Assembly (NCBI GenBank): GCA_020632235.1
Contig: JACKFY010000003.1
Location: 160,139 to 221,608, forward strand
DNA from: Pseudomonadales bacterium
GTDB taxonomy: Bacteria > Patescibacteriota > Microgenomatia > UBA1400 > PJMF01
Direction: 5' to 3'
DNA length: 61,470 nt
Shown here: positions 57,936-61,470 of the stretch, in pieces
Position numbering within the stretch: the first letter of the stretch is position 1
Layout: each line of letters opens with the position of its first letter
Program-made: the position numbers and the translations under genes
Notes under the pieces: generated by a model
Databases searched by the model: none
The model's input: only the letters and a program-made list of their open reading frames with translations
Told to the model about the DNA's origin: nothing

Positions 57936-59369
57936 ATGAAACGTCGCACTCGCATTGCTCCTAGTCCTACCGGCATCGCTCACGTGGGGACTGCCTGGAT
58001 GTCACTGTTTGATTGGGGGCTGGCACAGCAGACCGACGGTGCGTTTGTAGTCAGAATCGAAGACACCGATCGGCGGCGCTTTATAGCAGAGGCAGAAAGT
58101 GAAATCTACCGTGCGTTTGAGTGGCTGGGAATTACGTATGATGAAGGTGGGCAAAAAAGCGGCCCACACGCCCCCTACCACCAGTCAAAACGACTCGATA
58201 TCTACCAAAACTATGCCACGCAACTAGAAGAAGAGGGACACCTCTACCCTTGTTTTTGTAGTAGCGATCGCCTTAAAGAAATGCGAGACACCCAGCAAAA
58301 AAATGGCACACCACCTGGCTATGATGGGTTGTGTCGAGCGTTAACACAAGAAGAGATTATAGCCAACAAAGATGCGGGTGAATCATACGTCTTGCGACTC
58401 AAAACACCAACAGCAGGAACAATTTCTTGGAACGACGCTATTAGAGGTCAGATCTCGTTTGATCTAGCGCACATTGATGATGCAGTGATGATCAAGTCTG
58501 ATGGCTTTCCCACTTATCACTTTGCCGTAGTCATTGACGATCACCTGATGGAGATCACCCACGTGTTGCGCGGCGAGGAATGGATCAGCAGTGGACCCAA
58601 GCACCTATTGCTCTACCGATACTTGGAGTGGGAGCCGCCCATCTTTGCCCACATGCCGCTGATTCGAAATGCTGATAAAAGTAAACTCTCGAAGCGTAAA
58701 AACGATGTCTCTATCATGAGTTATAAAGAAAAAGGCTACTTGCCCGAGGCGCTCGTCAACTTTATAGTGCTCTTGGGTTGGTCACATCCAGAGGGAAAAG
58801 AAATATTTTCTCTAGAAGAATTTTTGAAAGTGGTCTCACTCGACCGCGTGCAGACAACAGGGCCTATTTTTGATACTAAAAAGCTTGACTGGATGAACGG
58901 CCAGTACATTCGCTCACTCTCAAAAGAGGAACTGCACACACGACTCGTCCCATTTTTACCCCGTGATTTTCCTCTCGATCAATACCACGCTATTATTCCC
59001 CTGGTGACCGAGCGCTTAGTCACACTTGCTGATGTCGAGGGTCTGACTGCATTTTTCTACCGCACCCCAGAAGTGCCAGCAAACCTCCTTTTAAAGCGAG
59101 CTGATGGGTCATTGGTGGCAGAACAGCTCAAATTATTGATAACAACACTTGATCAGGTTGGAACTTGGGAAGCAGCAGAGATTGAAAGGCGTATTCGCTC
59201 GCTAGGCGAGACACATAACTATCACAAAAAACAGTTTTTTATGATGATTCGGGTTGCCGTCACGGGCAGCACCCAAACACCACCACTCTTTGAGACAATG
59301 GAGGTGATCGGAAAACAAGCAGTGCTTGAACGACTCCAAAGCGCCCAACAGCTAGCCCAAGCTGCCTAA
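57936..59369 (+). CDS. gltX: Glutamate--tRNA ligase
   Basis: RIAPSPTG, HVGT (HIGH-like), RIEDTD, RGEEW, KLSKR. Confidence 0.98.
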   Translation: MKRRTRIAPSPTGIAHVGTAWMSLFDWGLAQQTDGAFVVRIEDTDRRRFIAEAESEIYRAFEWLGITYDEGGQKSGPHAPYHQSKRLDIYQNYATQLEEEGHLYPCFCSSDRLKEMRDTQQKNGTPPGYDGLCRALTQEEIIANKDAGESYVLRLKTPTAGTISWNDAIRGQISFDLAHIDDAVMIKSDGFPTYHFAVVIDDHLMEITHVLRGEEWISSGPKHLLLYRYLEWEPPIFAHMPLIRNADKSKLSKRKNDVSIMSYKEKGYLPEALVNFIVLLGWSHPEGKEIFSLEEFLKVVSLDRVQTTGPIFDTKKLDWMNGQYIRSLSKEELHTRLVPFLPRDFPLDQYHAIIPLVTERLVTLADVEGLTAFFYRTPEVPANLLLKRADGSLVAEQLKLLITTLDQVGTWEAAEIERRIRSLGETHNYHKKQFFMMIRVAVTGSTQTPPLFETMEVIGKQAVLERLQSAQQLAQAA

Positions 59370-59413
59370 TTCCCTCCTGACAGTGCTCAAGATTCTGGCT
59401 ACAATGAGTCTCT

Positions 59414-60238
59414 ATGCCTAGGACTTCTGCCCAGCTGCAGGCTCTGCGTGAAGCCTCACTTTCCAAACAACTCGATTTCCAATCAGAACATGACGTTGTT
59501 GCAGCCCAATTACTTTCTACCGCCACCAGACAGACCCAAAGAAACACACGTGTCTGGTCTGATCAAGACACGGCTGCAAATACACAAATAGAAGAAACCC
59601 TCCACAACCTTGATGAGACTCTGGCGGGGCAAGCAACAAGTATTTCAGATGAAGAACAGGCGATGATCTTTGAAAAACTCACCCAGGTGGTGCACAGTCC
59701 CACTACGCTTTCACACGATGACCTGCTGTATCTTGAACAACAGTTGGCCGATATGTACGGTCACTCCATTTCACGCACACTCCTTGGTGTCCCACTCCCT
59801 ACTGTTGGGGTTACTGTGTGCGGCTTGCCACACATGAGTCGGCATGCTGCCGATACTCTCGCTGACCACCACAGCGTACTTGAAGCTGGGTACTCTTCCA
59901 AACGAGGTATTTTTTCTTGGTCGACTACCACTCAAAGCAACGAACACGAACTCTACGGGGTGTTCCTTCCCCTTTCGCTGTGTAAACAGCCCGATCAAAC
60001 ACTCGAGCGCACCCTCTCGTTACTAGCCCAAAGCAAAGTGTTGGTCATTGCTCCTCACAGCAAGCGGGCGGTGATTGCGCCAGTTGCTGGCATTCTTTCA
60101 GGATCTGCTGCCAGGTATGGACTGGGATGTACACCAGAGACTATGCGTTTCTTGCAGTTGTGGCAGCCCACAACACATGGCTCTGCCTGCCTGTTTGTAG
60201 TAGAAAACCCAGAGGCAAGCGTAGGGTTTTTAGAATAA
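59414..60238 (+). CDS. Hypothetical protein
   Basis: 274-aa ORF co-directional with gltX, with a TACAAT box upstream. Confidence 0.7.
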   Translation: MPRTSAQLQALREASLSKQLDFQSEHDVVAAQLLSTATRQTQRNTRVWSDQDTAANTQIEETLHNLDETLAGQATSISDEEQAMIFEKLTQVVHSPTTLSHDDLLYLEQQLADMYGHSISRTLLGVPLPTVGVTVCGLPHMSRHAADTLADHHSVLEAGYSSKRGIFSWSTTTQSNEHELYGVFLPLSLCKQPDQTLERTLSLLAQSKVLVIAPHSKRAVIAPVAGILSGSAARYGLGCTPETMRFLQLWQPTTHGSACLFVVENPEASVGFLE

Positions 60239-60247
60239 CCACACAGT

Positions 60248-60574
60248 ATGAACATTCATTTTTCCACGTTTTACGATACCCTACTTGACCAGGAAATGCT
60301 CTTGGGGGTTCTCTCCTACCTACCAGAGCATGAACAAACAGAAGGTCTGCAGTTGATCCTTGATGCCTGTGACAGCGTGATGTTTCACTATATCTTTACC
60401 CTTACCCCATCAGAACATCATCAGCAAGTACTCGCAGCTATCAATGGCGGATATACCAAGAAAGACGCACTTGAGCTCTGCCTGCAGTTGGTACCAGAAC
60501 TACAACCCGTTGTAACAGAATCACTACAACGCACACTTCTTGGCCTAGAAAACAGCATCAGCAGTATACAATAG
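60248..60574 (+). CDS. Hypothetical protein
   Basis: 108-aa ORF in the gltX-ybeY run. Confidence 0.65.
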   Translation: MNIHFSTFYDTLLDQEMLLGVLSYLPEHEQTEGLQLILDACDSVMFHYIFTLTPSEHHQQVLAAINGGYTKKDALELCLQLVPELQPVVTESLQRTLLGLENSISSIQ

Positions 60575-60582
60575 GATCTCAT

Positions 60583-60972
60583 ATGAATTATGTCTCTGTA
60601 TCGATCGGCTCTCGCTACCCTGTTGCCACCAGTACCATTACAGCCTGTGTGGAGCGCGTACTAGCCAAACACAACGTAGATAACACCAGGGTGGACGTCA
60701 GCATTGTGGGCAAGCGCAAGATCAAGCAACTGAATGAAACACATCTCCATCACCAGGGTCCTACCGACGTACTTTCCTTTCCCCAACACGAGCGAAACGA
60801 GCGCAACACCTTCCCTCAGCCTGACGGCACACTCACCCACTTGGGAGACATCGTTGTTAGTTTTCCTGAAGCAGTCACTCAGGCAAAAAAGTACGGCAAA
60901 CGCGTCGACGACCAACTCTGTTTTTATGTCCAACACGGACTGATGCATCTCTTGGGCTACCATCACGAGTAG
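60583..60972 (+). CDS. ybeY: rRNA maturation endoribonuclease YbeY
   Basis: PTDVLSFP, LGDIVVS, HGLMHLLGYHH zinc motif. Confidence 0.95.
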   Translation: MNYVSVSIGSRYPVATSTITACVERVLAKHNVDNTRVDVSIVGKRKIKQLNETHLHHQGPTDVLSFPQHERNERNTFPQPDGTLTHLGDIVVSFPEAVTQAKKYGKRVDDQLCFYVQHGLMHLLGYHHE

Positions 60973-60997
60973 CTTTGTCGTATAGTACACAAGCCGT

Positions 60998-61470
60998 ATG
61001 AACTGGAATCGCACCTATCGCCCCCAAACTATAAAAGAACTACATCTAGAACGAGTGCGAGCAGAACTCGAGCAGATCCTACAATCAGGTAGTATGCCGC
61101 AAGTACTCTTGTTTGCGGGTCCGAAAGGAACGGGCAAAACCTCAGCAGCACGCATTTTGGGGGCAGTGGTCAACACTCCCAATAACAAAGCATCGGTCAA
61201 CGCGAGTTTTTTTGGCCAGGGAACACACACACCGTTTCTTGATGAAACAGAAAGTGACCTGGCACACGCCATCTTTACGGGCAACTCATTTGTCGTTAGA
61301 GAACTTGATGCTGCTAGCAACCGCGGCATTGATGAGATCAGGCAGCTGAAAGAAACTGCCCACCTCCCACCCTCTCACGGCATGGTCTCTGTCTTTATTC
61401 TTGATGAGGCGCACATGTTGACCACCGAGGCCTTTAACGCACTCCTGAAGCTCCTTGAAGAACCGCCCAG
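60998..61470 (+). CDS. dnaX: DNA polymerase III subunit gamma/tau, 3'-truncated by the window
   Basis: Absent from the ORF track: MNWNRTYRPQT, LFAGPKGTGKTSAARI, ELDAASNRGIDEIR, ILDEAHMLTTEAFNALLKLLEEPP. Confidence 0.96.
   Translation, partial: MNWNRTYRPQTIKELHLERVRAELEQILQSGSMPQVLLFAGPKGTGKTSAARILGAVVNTPNNKASVNASFFGQGTHTPFLDETESDLAHAIFTGNSFVVRELDAASNRGIDEIRQLKETAHLPPSHGMVSVFILDEAHMLTTEAFNALLKLLEEPP

Noticed and set aside
304-61349. Numerous short antisense or overlapping ORFs in the track (e.g. 1082..1432, 15313..15645, 17282..17632, 20662..20931, 61015..61329)
   Set aside because: They are shadows of well-supported genes or attC sites on the other strand or frame, with no motifs.

Overview
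Chromosomal segment of a small-genome bacterium, most likely a Patescibacteria/CPR (Microgenomates-like) organism; this is inferred from gene content and style, not from a marker-gene search. About half the window encodes surface-glycan machinery: at least 7 GT-C-type membrane glycosyltransferases, GT2/GT4 enzymes, Wzx and GtrA flippases, LCP, rmlABCD, ugd, gmd and an rmd-like reductase. The rest is housekeeping: trmD, secDF, rseP, frr, rdgB, fbaB, glgP, corA, tRNA-Gln, gltX, ybeY and partial dnaX. The standout is an AT-rich island at about 15.66-21.96 kb. It holds six gene cassettes on the minus strand, separated by five attC-like hairpins, with an attI-like site next to a divergent 280-aa tyrosine recombinase that seems to lack the IntI-specific insertion. 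Each complete cassette's upstream core matches its own inverse core, and stem mismatches are skewed to favour bottom-strand folding. The hairpins have non-canonical spacer geometry and the cassettes have extended terminal inverted repeats. An IS3-family element cuts the array at the sixth cassette's inverse core. Many single-base homopolymer frameshifts cluster in the island and may be sequencing errors.
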